A DNA stretch of 64,000 bases from Mayamaea pseudoterrestris (GCA_027923505.1 BROI01000005.1:558001-622000), one strand, 5' to 3'. Counted from the first letter of the stretch, positions 10,894 through 23,242 are shown. The notes: generated from the letters alone by a model not told the origin. Numbers and translations are program-made.

Positions 10894-13800
10894 TGTTCGC
10901 GACACTCTTGCTGAGACGTCGACATGACTCATCCGACTTCCGCCAATATGATGCAAGGACCTTGCATTCGAAACGATTCCAATTCGGATTCCCCCGGCAG
11001 GGGCACCGGAACGACAGAGAACGGAAGTTGGCGGAGCATTGTCCATTCACGGTCCAGAACGGTTTGGTCCATTTGAAGATGCATCATTTCACCGACGCTG
11101 AGTTCGACACGTTGCCGCACGTTGTCATGACAGCAGACACGCCTTGGGATCCGTCAAAGTACGATGGAGACCTTAATGACGATTCAATCCAAGCGGAAAT
11201 TGAAGCCGCGACGGACGATCACGAAGCGCCAACACTACTAGTCAACAACACCCAAGTCAACGGAAACGCGCAAGACGAATATCCCGAAGACCTTTCAGTC
11301 GAAACACTCAACGTCGTCTCATGGAATGGACTCGAAACCCACGAGTGGGAGCACTTCAGCGACGAGTCGGACCCTATGCAGGTCGAAACCGAGGGTCCAT
11401 CCGAGCGCATTGCCGACATTGTACCCGACGACGCTTCTTACAACACGAACCCACAACAGGATGACATTTCACTACCCTCACTAGTCTCACGCGGAACCAT
11501 ATCAACATCCGGATCAAGCCATGCTCAGAACCCCAACGACGCAACGTTCGAGTACGAAGACACTGCCGGGGAAATGTACGATCCGTACGAGCTGCAGGTC
11601 AATGCCGCAATTGTAGAAGCTGGAGGCAATCCATATTCTGGACTAGCCGGCCGACCGGCACGCACTGTGATTCCTACACGACCAGATTACCAAATGCTTC
11701 GTCCCAACTTCGGATTTCTACCCACCGATCGTATCAAGGAGACTCTCAAGAACACTACCCAATTCTACCGCGCCGAGCAACGTTTCCCTCAGCGACGCCA
11801 TTTGCGTACTCATTTCCCGGGTGCGAATGTTTGTCGACTACCTGAAGAAGTTGCCATGGACACACTATTCTCCGACACACCCGCACTCAACGATGGTATT
11901 CCTGGACACGCCGGATGCCAAGCAGCGCAACTCTACGTCTGCATGCAGAGCCGATTGATTCGCGTCTACCCGATGGCGAACAAGGGACAAGTTCCGTCGA
12001 CGCTCATGCAGTTTATCAACGATTGCGGTGCTCCACTCGGTCTAATCTCAGACGGAGCCAAGGAAGAAAACAGCCTAGCGATTCGAGAAATCGAACGCCA
12101 GTTTATGATCCGTAAGCACTGGGTCAGCGAACCGGAAAACCAACAGCAGAATCCAGCGGAACGCGTTATCGGCGACGTCGAGCGCACTGTCAATGTCAAC
12201 ATGGATCGGACCGGATCGCCTGCACCAACCTGGTTGCTATGCACTCTACACATCGTAGCTCTACTCGCCCTCATGTCCCAGTCACGTCTCGGTGGCATGA
12301 CCCCATATCAAAAGGTATACAACGAAGTACCCGATATCTCTGCCTACCTCAACTACCACTGGTGGCAGCCCGTTCGATACAGCGCAAACTCTACATCGCT
12401 CAACCAAACCAATGAGCGCGCTGGACGTTTCGTCGGGGTAGCTGATAACGTCGGTGATGCTCTAACGTACTGGGTCTTGGACGAGGAAACACATCAAGTT
12501 GTCGCCCGAAGCATTGTAACGGCTCGTCGAGACGATCTTAATCCAAACATCCGTCTTGATTTACCACAAGTCGAAGCTTCTCCCGAAGGCGACATGTTCG
12601 TATACACCGAAGGTGGACTCCAAGAGAGCTTCCAACTCGGCAACCAAAGCTCCGAAGAAGAGGGGCTACCCACTGATGAACCCGTTCCTACTGAAACGGC
12701 CGACGACGGACCCGAGTTCTACTTCGGAGATGAACCATTCGTCGGAAGCAGTCCCTACCAGCGGCCGCCATCAGCCCGTCCTCAAGCGCATCCACGCGGA
12801 CAAATCGATTTACTACCTGCATTCTCACCTGAAGAACTTGTCAATCAAACGTTTACTTGGCATACTCAGGATGGGGAGCCCATGCGAGCCGAAATCGTTC
12901 GCAAGCTCGAAACCATGGACGCAGCCAACCATCATAACATCAAGTTCCTACTCAAAATCGGCGAAAACGAAGCTGAAGAAGTCATCGACTACATCCGACT
13001 CTGCGAATTGTTCGAGAAGGACCAAGCAGCAAAGGTAAACGATCCTGAACACAACTGGACGTTTAAAGCAATCCTATCGCACGAAGGGCCACTCACAAAG
13101 CAATCCGACGGATGGAAAGGCTCCATGTACAACATCAAAGTCGTGTGGGAAGACAACTCAACGACTTGGGAGCCATTGAACGCTTTAGCACGCGACGACA
13201 TCATTTCCTGCGCTCGCTACGCCGAGGCGAACGGACTACTCAATAAGAAAGGCTGGAAGTTCCTACGCGACGCAGCCCGACGCGCACGTATCGCCCGTCG
13301 AACCGTAAACCAAGCCAAGCAACGACGCAGCATTCGACACAAGTTCGGCGTCAAGGTACCTCGCGATCCAAAGGAAGCTCGAAAGTTCCAAGAAGAACTC
13401 CGGCACACCAAATGGACCGACGCGGAGAAGGTAGAGCTGTCAAGCCTGTTCGAATACGACACCTTCATTGATCTCGGATTGAATGCCGCGCCTCCCGAAG
13501 GCTATCAAAAGATTCGCACTATCTGGGTCTACGACTGCAAGCAAGACTTTCGTCACAAGGCTCGGATGGTTGCTGGTGGACACCTTACTGACCCTGTCGA
13601 CGATTCATACTCGAGCGTCGTTTCACTCGAATCGCTGCGCCTAGCGCTGGCGATAGGGGAGTTGAATGGACTCACTCCCATGGTAGGCGACATCGGAAAT
13701 GCTTACCTCGAAGCCAAAACCAAAGAAAAGATTTACTTCATCGCTGGGCCTGAGTTCGGCGACTTGGAAGGCCACACACTCATCATCTACAAAGCACTTT

Positions 13801-15189
13801 ACGGCCTACGCACAAGCGGAGCACGATTCCACGAGCGGCTCGCGGACGCGCTACGAGCGGAAGGCTTCAAAGCCTCGTACGCCGATCCAGACGTTTGGAT
13901 TCGCGATGCTGGCCATTGTTACGAATACATCTGCACTTACGTCGACGACCTTATGGCAATCATGATTGACCCGGGCGCATTCTACGACATTCTTCGCAAC
14001 AAGTACAAGTTCAAGCTCAAGGGCGTCGGATGCCCAGAGTACCATCTAGGCGGCGACTTCGGACGCGACCCTGACGGAACACTATTCTGGGGCACCAAGA
14101 CCTACATCACCAAGCTTCTAGCCAACTACGAGCGTACATTCAACGGACCACCACAGACAGCGTAAAGCTCTCCACTCGACTCTCACGACCACCCGAACTC
14201 GACCAGACGTCCCTGTTAGGGCGGACTCAAGATCTACCAATCGTTTGTCGGAGCCCTTCAGTGGGCGATCACCCTTGGCCGTTCGATATCTGCAGTGCCA
14301 CCGCCCCTGCCTGTCACGCGGACAGCCTCGCATTGGACACCTCGACCGAGTCAAGCGTGTATGCGGCTACCTTCGCAAGTTTCCCGAGGCAGCCATCCGC
14401 TTTCGCACCCAGTGGCCGCAGAACGAAATCATCTTCGGCGACTCACCAACCTATGACTGGCAACAAACCGTCTACGACAACCCCAAGGAAGAGGTCCTTT
14501 CACTCTGGCCAAAACCAAAGGGCAAGACAGTTCGCCTTACTACCCTCAAAGATGCCAACCTGATGCATTGCAAAGTCACCGGCAAAGCATGCACTGGAAT
14601 CCTTCACTTCATTCAGCAGACTCCGTTCAAGTGGTTTGCCAAACTTCAAGATACCGTCGAACACGCGACCTTTGGCTCTGAACTCATGAGCGGGCGCGTT
14701 GCAACCGACCATATCCTAGGCATACGCGCGTCACTCATGGCAATGGGTGTTCCCATCGAGTCCTCTTCATGGCTACTCGGTGATAACCAATCAGTCATCA
14801 CGCAGTGTACAGTGCCTACATCCACACTCACCAAGCGCCACAATGCCCTCGCATATCACCGTATCCGATGGTGTGTAGCAGCCGGAATTATCAAGTTCGT
14901 CAAGATTGCCGGCAAGGAAAACGCTTCCGACGCGCTTACCAAGTACCTACCCTACATCGACGCATGGCCCCTACTCAAACCATTACTGTTCTGGCGTGGC
15001 GAAACCTTGGATCCTGGAGAACTCGAATTCTACCTTATGGACCCGTCACTGCCTCAAGGGGAGCCGACTCCAGGGGAGCTCATTGAGCTTACACCTGTCC
15101 TGGCACACCTACAAGGGGAGTGTCACAATGACGATCTAGTCCAGTCGCTTGACGCGAACCTAGACGTCGCCGGGGGCGAACGAGCATAG
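10893..15189 (+). pseudogene. Pol of element C (degraded protease, integrase, RT, RNase H; frameshifts near 14160-14300)
   Basis: VAMDTLFS, LISDGAKEE and SEPENQQQNPAE (integrase); HKARMVAGGH, KALYGLRTSG and TYVDDL (RT); LLGDNQSV and NASDALTK (RNase H). The stop codon lies inside the 3' LTR. Confidence 0.9.
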
Positions 15190-15521
15190 TACTCGAACCT
15201 CCGTTGCGGTACCAGAAAAGACATCTACTCACAACTACGTCATTGAAATATTGCATGTGTGCCAGCCGCAGGCACGATTAAACAAGATTAGTATTCACTA
15301 TCGTGAATGGTCTTGAAAGAGCCATCTGATCAATCGCTCTTTCTCGACCGATCGTAAATCAACTCACTTTCTAGAGAACTGCTTAATCAACTAGCGTTTT
15401 GTAGGATAAGACCCCTGTAGGATAAACCAAGGTAAAGGACTGATCACCCCGCTCACTTGGAAACCGACTACAGAGGGTGAGGAATCGTTGCAGCCGTACG
15501 AACTGGAACTGCATCGTGTCA
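15121..15521 (+). repeat. 3' LTR of element C
   Basis: Direct repeat of 8438-8838, preceded by the PPT. Confidence 0.97.
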
Positions 15522-15539
15522 GACGTTGACGGGTATGAC

Positions 15540-15563
15540 AGCAGCAGCAGCAGCAGCAGCAGC
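15540..15563 (+). repeat. (AGC)8 microsatellite
   Basis: Read directly from the sequence. Confidence 0.9.
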
Positions 15564-17804
15564 AACTCTTCCAGCTTCTCCTACAAGGAGTCAAATGGAA
15601 ATGATCAAGGAACCGGTTACCAACATTGTCGTCGGAAGCGTCAAACTTCGCTCATGCATGAAGACCCACCTCAAGTATTCTGGGCAGTCAGTCACCAACT
15701 CCATGGCAAATGGAGGCTGCAATGGTGCTTCCAGTGGTTTGCAGGCTAGCACTCCCATTGATGACATGCAAGCGAAAAGCCACATCCACCAGGTCAACAC
15801 CAAAGAAAGTGCCAAGGAGTCCGAGGAACTTGATTCCTACCAATTTGATTCCTCTCAAGCGCCCATTGACAATGGCATTCCTTATCCAGCTCTGGGTCCT
15901 TTGGTTGAACCGTCGCAAGCTACCAATATCAAGCCCAAGACGGTAACATTCGGAGGGCAAGATGTGCGATGATTTGTACAAGTTGCTGGTGAATTTATTG
16001 CTTTCAAACACTTGGAAAAGTACCAGGAAAAGTACCGGTATTTTGTTGAGAAGGGCATGCATAAGAATGCCTTGTCACAAAACCTTGTAGCTTACAGCGG
16101 AGGCGTCCGGTACGTACAATACATCAACGAAAACAGCCATTTGTATGTTATGGCATGCCAAAAGGACAAGAAACCTTTTGCAGAGAAGATTTACAACAAT
16201 TTGGTGAACTTTGGTTTTGTGTTCATCAAGCAAATCGATTCTGATTATGAATTCCTTGTTAACACTGATGGTATTATTGTGGTTATGGCGCATCTACGCC
16301 AGTACGAGCATGTGCAGATTGCGGAGGACAATAGTAACAGTAAGCAAGATTAAACTATGAGTGGAAGTTGGAGGTTGGGTGGGTACATGATTGTTTTGAT
16401 TTGCAGTGGGTCTACCAAACCATTCTTTGCCGCAAACAGAGTAAAGTATTACACGAGAATAGTGAGCACCTGGAATCACATAGCAATAGTTTATTTGTGT
16501 CTTTATATGAAGTACAGTAGCTGCTTGAATTGGTGAAGAGCTGCAACTCATCGAGGACGAGAAGCTGCTGCCGTAGTACATAATCTGACCATGTCAACGT
16601 TGGTAATGGCAAGACAGGAGAACAATGTGGTGCGCCTACCACAGAACGAGCATAATATTATTATGTAATACATATTCCATCATGTACACTTCCAAGCTCA
16701 CTTGCTATAATCATGCAGAATGGGAAATTGCATCCACTCAAGCTTGTGGTTACGATGCAAGCAGCAATACGTACTATGATATTCATCTACTGTTTGATCT
16801 ACTCGTTAAGGAATGTAAGGGAATAAGAACAATCAATGCCATCGACTACAGATAGACCAAACCAACCTGCTGCACTGCACATCATGGTTGTGCGCTAATG
16901 AGCTGATTGCGGTGAGGTTTGCAGCAGCCTATGATCGTCCAATCATCATCATTCCGGGCTGGCAGGGTATAGCACTTGGCACACAGATCCTTGTCTCCCC
17001 TTGCTGCAATTGGCCAATTCTGTTTGATGCATTTGGGCACCTGCAAATTACGAACAAAGGCGAAGGTGGTAGTGCTATTGTGGGGTTGGCACGGTATAAA
17101 CTGCCATGTCTTAGAAGAAATTTTGCATTTGCGGCAAGTCCTCTCGCAATCATTCTTGTCTTTTACAACTGGAGACTCAAGTTCAATCAACATCAGATTC
17201 TGCTCCTGCTCTCCCTGAGGGTGCGGCTGGGCTTGCTGCATGCCTGGCGCGCTTAATTTATGGGCACCATGCTGATTGCCTGATCTAGCTGCTGGCCTGG
17301 CCACTTGAAAAGTCTGCCCAGAGCAATGAGCAGTCCTGTCCATCGCTCCAGTTGCATTGGGAGCAGGCGCGGGTCCATTCAAGCCATTGACGTTTCTCCA
17401 GGCGCGCCATTGGTTGATGTACTTGAGACGTTTTGCTGTTTCTTTGCCAGGCAAACCATCGTCATTGACAGAATTGTCGTTTTCTGAGCATTCATCCCAG
17501 TTGATGGTAGAATCACTAATGTGGCCACTCGAATCATCCCAGTTGTTGGTGGAATCACCATCCTTGTCCTCCGAAGTGTTGTCATCATCGTCACTATCGT
17601 TATTGAAAACGGCGGCAGGTTTGTGAACCAACAACTGACCATCCGGCATGAACAACTGAGCATTTTTCCCAGCGAGAAAGGCAACATCAGTAGCAATTCC
17701 AGCTTCTGTGTCACGATGTAATGGTACAGCGTGGTGTTTGTACTCTAAGAGCCATACTAGTGACTGAAACAGTACTTATATACATGCAGTGGCAGTGTAT
17801 GGGC

Positions 17805-17851
17805 AACGTGAATGGTTCGCCGGTGCTCTGGTTCGATTCCGGGGTGCGTTA
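17805..17851 (+). ncRNA. tRNA-like RNA without anticodon arm in TRIM-1 5' LTR (putative self-encoded RT primer)
   Basis: AACGT pairs with GCGTT. T-arm GCTCTGG-TTCGATT-CCGGGGT. Exactly 12 nt between T-loop and discriminator A17851, TTTT at 17854-17857, TATA-like TTATATA about 25 nt upstream. Confidence 0.75.
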
Positions 17852-17892
17852 GCTTTTGCCTTTCTGCATGCGAGTACTGCTACGTCGTGTTA

Positions 17893-17906
17893 TGGTAACG
17901 TCACCC
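17893..17906 (+). other. Primer-binding site of TRIM-1
   Basis: TGGTAACGTCACCC directly abuts the 5' LTR; TGG is complementary to CCA. Confidence 0.85.
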
Positions 17907-18203
17907 GTCCAATGTCGGACCTGGTGTGATTGTGGTTCGAGTCTCGAAAAAGCAAAAATCGAGACCGCGTTGACTGGCAGCTGAGGTGTGTCCCTGCAAT
18001 GTCGCAGGGAACGTGTCATCGTTTGGGAGTAATGACTCCGGCGATAAGTGTCACACCGAAGCACGTAAACCCAGGGCGCGAGAGCATGACTCATAGAGTA
18101 AGGGGGATGTCACGATGTAATGGTACAGCGTGGTGTTTGTACTCTAAGAGCCATACTAGTGACTGAAACAGTACTTATATACATGCAGTGGCAGTGTATG
18201 GGC

Positions 18204-18250
18204 AACGTGAATGGTTCGCCGGTGCTCTGGTTCGATTCCGGGGTGCGTTA
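18204..18250 (+). ncRNA. Second copy of the tRNA-like RNA (TRIM-1 3' LTR)
   Basis: Identical to 17805-17851. Confidence 0.75.
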
Positions 18251-19809
18251 GCTTTTGCCCTTTGCATGCGAGTACTGCTACGTCGTGTTATTCTGCGAGC
18301 TGCCCTACAACATTGTTCAATAGTCGACGCTGGTTGTCCAAATTCTTGTCGCCTGGACTAGGAGCCTCGATGACTCCCCTATCCCCCAGTAGGTCACGCT
18401 GGCTAGCCAGCTGGAAAAGTGGGAGCATGTCAAAACCTGCTTTGTAGAATGTCAGCATAGCTTGAAGAATGCCTTCGATCTCAGCAAAATACTTCTTGCG
18501 CTCATCATCTTCCTCAGCAGCAATGGCTATCCATCACCACAACTCTCGCTTATACGGCGGCGTCATTCCAAGAAGCAGCCATTGGTACACAAAGAATAGC
18601 TGTCATCTTCTTCGACAGCTGTAGTGCGACGAGACTCGCAATCGCGGCACGACTGTTTCCATTGGTCATCATGTCCCAAAACATTCAAGACGTCTTCATC
18701 AATGTCCAAATACTCCTCGTAAGAGCTGTTGGAGTTGTCACCACCTTTTACTGGTACATGGACCGTACTTGTGGGGAATCTGTTCTCGAATGTGTTGGTG
18801 GTAGCTCCAGCCGCCAAAGTGGTTCCAGCAGCAGCTTCAATATTTTGAGCTCCAGCAGCAACATTGTCTGCAGCTGCTTTCTCAGCGTGAAGATGCCGCA
18901 ATTTTTTGATCCCATGTTCCTCCGCGTGGGGTGGAACTTCCGTCTGACCGCCAGCGTAATCCTCCTCCTCCTCTTCTTCGTCTTTGTCTTCTTCTTCTTC
19001 GTCTTCTTCTTCTTCGTTGTCATCATCTTCTTCTTCCTCCACAGTGGCAGGAAGGAAAGCAGTAGGAGCATTGCTGTTAGCGCGAGCTGCAGCTGGCACC
19101 GTTGTGCTGGCGCGAGCTTCTGCAGATGCTGTCGCGTCGGCGCGAGCTGCAGCTGGCACTAGAGAACTGTCGGGAGGCATAGGAGACTCATCAGGGATGG
19201 CATCCATGGTAGTAGTATTATTAATCAAGTCTTTGTTACGGTGTCGGGTCGTCATGGTGAAGTAGTAACAGTAACTAGGCGCATGTGGTGTGCGGTGACT
19301 CATGGCGAAGTGTGGAAGCGACAAGTTGGGTGGACGCCGCCCGGGTACCGGTACAAGTACCGAGCGTCAGTCATTGCAATTTGACGATCGAATATTATCA
19401 ATATAGGATACCTTTTGAGAATCACCCAACGTCAAGAATTCAATCGTGAAGGATGGCTTTCGTGACTCAATGGTTTTCGATCACAGTGCGCCTTTTGAGT
19501 CGACCAGCATGTTGTATTATTTTCGTCCGTGACGAGGAAAATTCAACACGTCGCTTTAGCCGTTGCCTTTACCATTTAGAGTGACCATCTACGTGGTTCC
19601 CCTGCATTAATTTTGGGTGTCACAACCCTTAAATAGTGTATGGTAGCATTCACAATGATGCAATGACAAGATGAAGAGCGACATGAGGAGAAATACAAGC
19701 CAGCGCAGTGCATGTTGCCACAAATATTGCCCACTATTAAGCTTATACGTTAATGATCACAATTCCTTTCACTTGCGAGCATGCGCCACCCACTACGGCT
19801 CCTTTCCTC

Positions 19810-21349
19810 TCAACCAACAACGCTGCTGCAGGAAGCATCCTTCATGATTTCAAAGCACCCGTTACACAATGCATGCAAGCATGCACTCACAGTGTCAGCA
19901 GCATCTTTGCAGACATGAACTGGTGCTCCTTGCTTCATCGTCATAAAAAGCAATGAAGTACATTTTGCGCATGACCTTGCTGCTCCGGGTGTTTTAGCAA
20001 GCCAACCAGGATTAAAGTGTGTAATATCAGTCTCCAATTTATAACAATCAGGGTCTTTATGACCACAGTCATTCTGTTCAGGGCTAGTAGGCCCTTCAAT
20101 GAACATGTCTTGGGACTTGTGCTTGGGAGCAGATGTGGGTGCTGTGGCAGCTTGGTGTTCTAGTTGGACTGGTGTGACCGCACCAGCAGCTACTTGATTT
20201 GGTGATGGTGTTGTCAAAGCTTCCAAATGGTTGTGGCCTCAAAAGTTTAGCAAGATGAAGCACATGTTAGTACTTGGAAATCTCGTAAATGCATTGTCAA
20301 TGCACACATAACGTTACATACCTGTCTGGTCCCTCTCCAATCTTGACGTAGTATTCACTGCTGGATCTAGCAGGTGGGGGGAATGGTGAGAGCTGCAGAG
20401 CCATAATTTTTTTGGAAGGTAATGGTGCCAAAAACTTACGCATGGCTTGCAGCGCTGACTCACTAATAAAGCCATGCTCCACAAAACCTTGGAAAAATCC
20501 ATAGGAGATTTCGCCTCTCTGCAGCCCCTCAAGAACATATTCCTCCAAACGAGCAGACACCGCAGCAGTAATTCCTGGCCTTACAGCGCTTGGTTCTACT
20601 GGTCCATTAGCGACTTTCCTTTTCTTTGACTCAAGCTTTGCTGCTGCCTTTTCTTCTGTCAAAGTTACAAGGACACCTTTAACTGAGCGACTGCCATCAT
20701 TAAAAGATATTTTTGTGTAGCTTTGACCCACGACAGTGCGCGTATTGCTGCCAATAAAACATGCGTGATGTTTTGAAGAAATCACCTGCAATTCCTTCAC
20801 CAACTCAGCTCGCTTAGCGCTAACTTTCATTTTAATACTTTCTCCGGGATGATTGCGAAACTTGGCTGCCAGTCGCTCATTGAGTTTCCCTTCGGTTGGC
20901 GACATGTACTCAGCATGGAAATGGTCCAGAATCTTCCGCTCAACCTTCAAGTCCCATGTCTTCGCATTCTCCCCTTCAAAAGGTGAATGCTGAATGAACA
21001 GCATGGCTTTTTGTGTTTCCTCGCAGTACATTGGAGACTTGTTGGCATAAATAGTTTTGATGTCAATCCAATCGACTGGAAAGTGGCCGTTGCGCAGCAT
21101 TGATGGGTGCCTCCTAGCCTCTGTCACCACGACTCGCACAAACTCATTGCGAGTAATTTCGTAAATTGTCTTGACCATGTCTTCTAGCTCCTTTTTATAT
21201 GCTTGAATAATTTCATCAGTAGGATGAATGTTGTTGCGCGGTGGAGCACCTTGTTGGAACTCAAAGACCAGCCTGGCATGTTCTAAGGTCACCTTGCCTT
21301 TTGGAAAGAAGGGTCCAGGTATCTTCCAAATTGGTTGTTCTGACATCAT
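19810..21349 (-). CDS. Hypothetical protein, probably two exons, with a C-terminal Cys/His zinc-finger-like motif (possibly degenerate)
   Basis: 350-aa ORF 20297-21349 with a GTATGT donor near 20321. ORF 19810-20226 contains CAKC...HVC...CLHALCNGC. Confidence 0.45.
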
Positions 21350-21715
21350 AGGCTTCCCTCTTAGATTGTAGTAAATGGGTTTTTTATGTGGTTTTTACTG
21401 GAAGAGACTGCGCGTACATGCGATGGATGGCACGAGCAATGCGACGATCGATCGATTCGATCGATCGATTGACGCCTCGTAAAGTAACGCGTGTGGTGTT
21501 GTCGCAACATCCGAGTCAGCACGCTAGTGAAAAGGTGACCGGCGCGCAATGAACCATCATCTGTTGTCGCAGTGGCTGCATGCCATCAATGTCGTCAAAC
21601 ATGTCGTGATCTACGGTATCCTACCACCATGATGCATGATACCGTACTCGCAGCTTGTAAACGTCCCGTGTACCTAGCGGTATGCAGAAGATTGAGGCTG
21701 CTACGGAAAATTAAA

Positions 21716-22965
21716 CTATAAATATGCAATCGCTCCATTGAACCGAAAATCCACGATCTTCCAATTAAGCTCCCCACGCTCGGCATTGTACTCGCGCTGA
21801 AAGGCAGCCACATATGAATTGGCACGAACGTCGTCCTCGGCGCCTTCGATTATTTCTCCATCTTTTTTGCGTCGGGTACAGTTAATTTGCTGGCACATGA
21901 AATGCAGAATGATAATTGGCGACCCCTTTTCGACTTCATCGGGCTGTGTAAATGGGTGGGTGGGTGAGTGTTAGCAAAATCATCGTCTTGATAAACACAG
22001 ACATCCAATTCTAAGCCGATTACCTCGCAAGCCAAAATTTCAGAGTTCATAATACCCAGTACATGCGTATCAACTTCCACTCCCTCCTTTTCCCGCGCCT
22101 TGATTTCTGCAGCTATACGCTTAAAGACCCCCTCACCGAGCCAAGGTTTGAGCTGATTGATGCGACCTTCGAGCAACCACTTCATCACGTTTGGTAGCGT
22201 ATGCTCCACGACATCTTCTCGCCAGTCTTCCAACGTAAATTCAGGATCAAGCTTTCGCAGTTCCTTGACTGCCAAACTCTCTGGAGTTTCCGCCGTTAGT
22301 GTATCATAGACACTGCTCACGCGATACACCCATGGATTTTGACTCGTTTCCCACGCCTCCTTGGCGTCTTCCTTAATATCATCGAGTCGCTCCTTGGCTT
22401 TCCGAGCACCGGATGTTTCATAGACTCTTTCCGTTCGTTGTAAAACTTGCGCAATGATTGGCGCGTCCGTCAAACGCTTTTGCATGCGCTCCCAAGCAGT
22501 CAAGTGTTCCGACGGGTCAATCACCATCAGTTCGCCAACTGGACCAGTGTACGGAGCATCACCTTCCGCGGTAGCGACTGGATGAATCTTCTTGTTAATG
22601 TCCTTTCGTTTGCCACTGTTCAATAGGTCTGTCCAAGCGAGACTGACTTCGGCCTTGAAAGCGTCGAAATATTGAGCAAGTTGGGGAAGTAAATTGTCAA
22701 ACTGAATGCTGGAATTGCTAGATGATGCACCAGAACTCGCGGCTGACTCCTCTTCCTTTTTGTCTTGCTGTATGCGGTTCACAGTATCCTTGAGTGACTT
22801 TTTCGTGGCAGGTTCGTCGGAGCTGGTGTTGCTACCGGTAGTCGAATGCCATCGAAAGGATGAAGCTGCAGCTAAATGAGACTCTTGATAAGCTCGCCGC
22901 CATGTACCACTCCTTTGCACAGTTCGCACATGACTAATTCCTTGCAAAGTTATTGCTCGCATCAT
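21716..22965 (-). CDS. TIM44: Mitochondrial import inner membrane translocase subunit Tim44
   Basis: Mitochondrial presequence; WETSQNPWVYR, LRKLDPEFTLEDW, LHFMCQQINC. Intron 21944-22023 (GT-AG). Confidence 0.88.
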
Positions 22966-23242
22966 ATTGTCGTACACAACGAATAAACAATGAATGAAGA
23001 GTTGCTTGCAAGCCTTGCTTCGGTCGTTCTTGGTGCGCGTTTCGATGGATGGCGCGCGTCCGTTTGTCTCGCAAAAGCACTTACGGTTCAGGATGACGGT
23101 ACGATATGCGTTCTCGATCCGAACCCTTCGCCATTGTGAGAAGGCAACGTTGCAAGCAATCTCGTTGCGAAGCCCGGCCATGTATCACTTGTATCATATC
23201 ATAAAAGCAAAAACGACCATCGCTTCGATAAAATCAAGCACC

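Larger units (their letters stand above)
8438..15521 (+). mobile_element. Full-length Ty1/copia (CoDi-like) LTR retrotransposon C
   Basis: 401-bp LTRs at 8438-8838 and 15121-15521 (TG...CA). 5-bp TSD GACGT at 8433-8437 and 15522-15526. PPT AAGGGGAG at 15113-15120. gag and pol in copia order. Confidence 0.97.
7460..16353 (+). pseudogene. Decayed orphan gene split by insertion of element C (pieces 7460-8437 and 15527-16353)
   Basis: Removing element C and one GACGT copy gives a continuous frame, MNGADVDGYDSSSSSSSSNSS. Flanking ORFs are frameshifted and have no recognisable domain. Confidence 0.45.
17709..18290 (+). mobile_element. TRIM-1: non-autonomous mini LTR retrotransposon (582 bp)
   Basis: LTRs at 17709-17892 and 18108-18290 (TG...TA, near-identical). 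TSD TTCTG at 17704-17708 and 18291-18295. PBS TGGTAACG... at 17893, PPT AGAGTAAGGGGGA at 18095-18107. No coding capacity. Confidence 0.96.
16882..19264 (-). pseudogene. Decayed acidic/low-complexity protein gene with a C-terminal Cys-rich segment, interrupted by TRIM-1
   Basis: Removing TRIM-1 and one TTCTG copy restores ...VVGQLAEAGIATDVAFLAGKNAQLFMPDG.... There is an in-frame TGA and a frameshift near 18530-18570, and CRKC...CAKC near the 3' end. Confidence 0.6.

Noticed and set aside
17805..17851. Calling the GGTTCGATTCC modules genuine tRNA genes or a tRNA-derived SINE
   Set aside because: They have no anticodon arm, are only 47-56 nt, have no SINE tail or own TSD, and are integral parts of both LTRs.
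18960..19160. TCT/TCC-rich tract and repeated GCGAGCTGCAGCTGGCAC
   Set aside because: Explained by poly-Glu/Asp and VPAAARA repeats of the minus-strand pseudogene.
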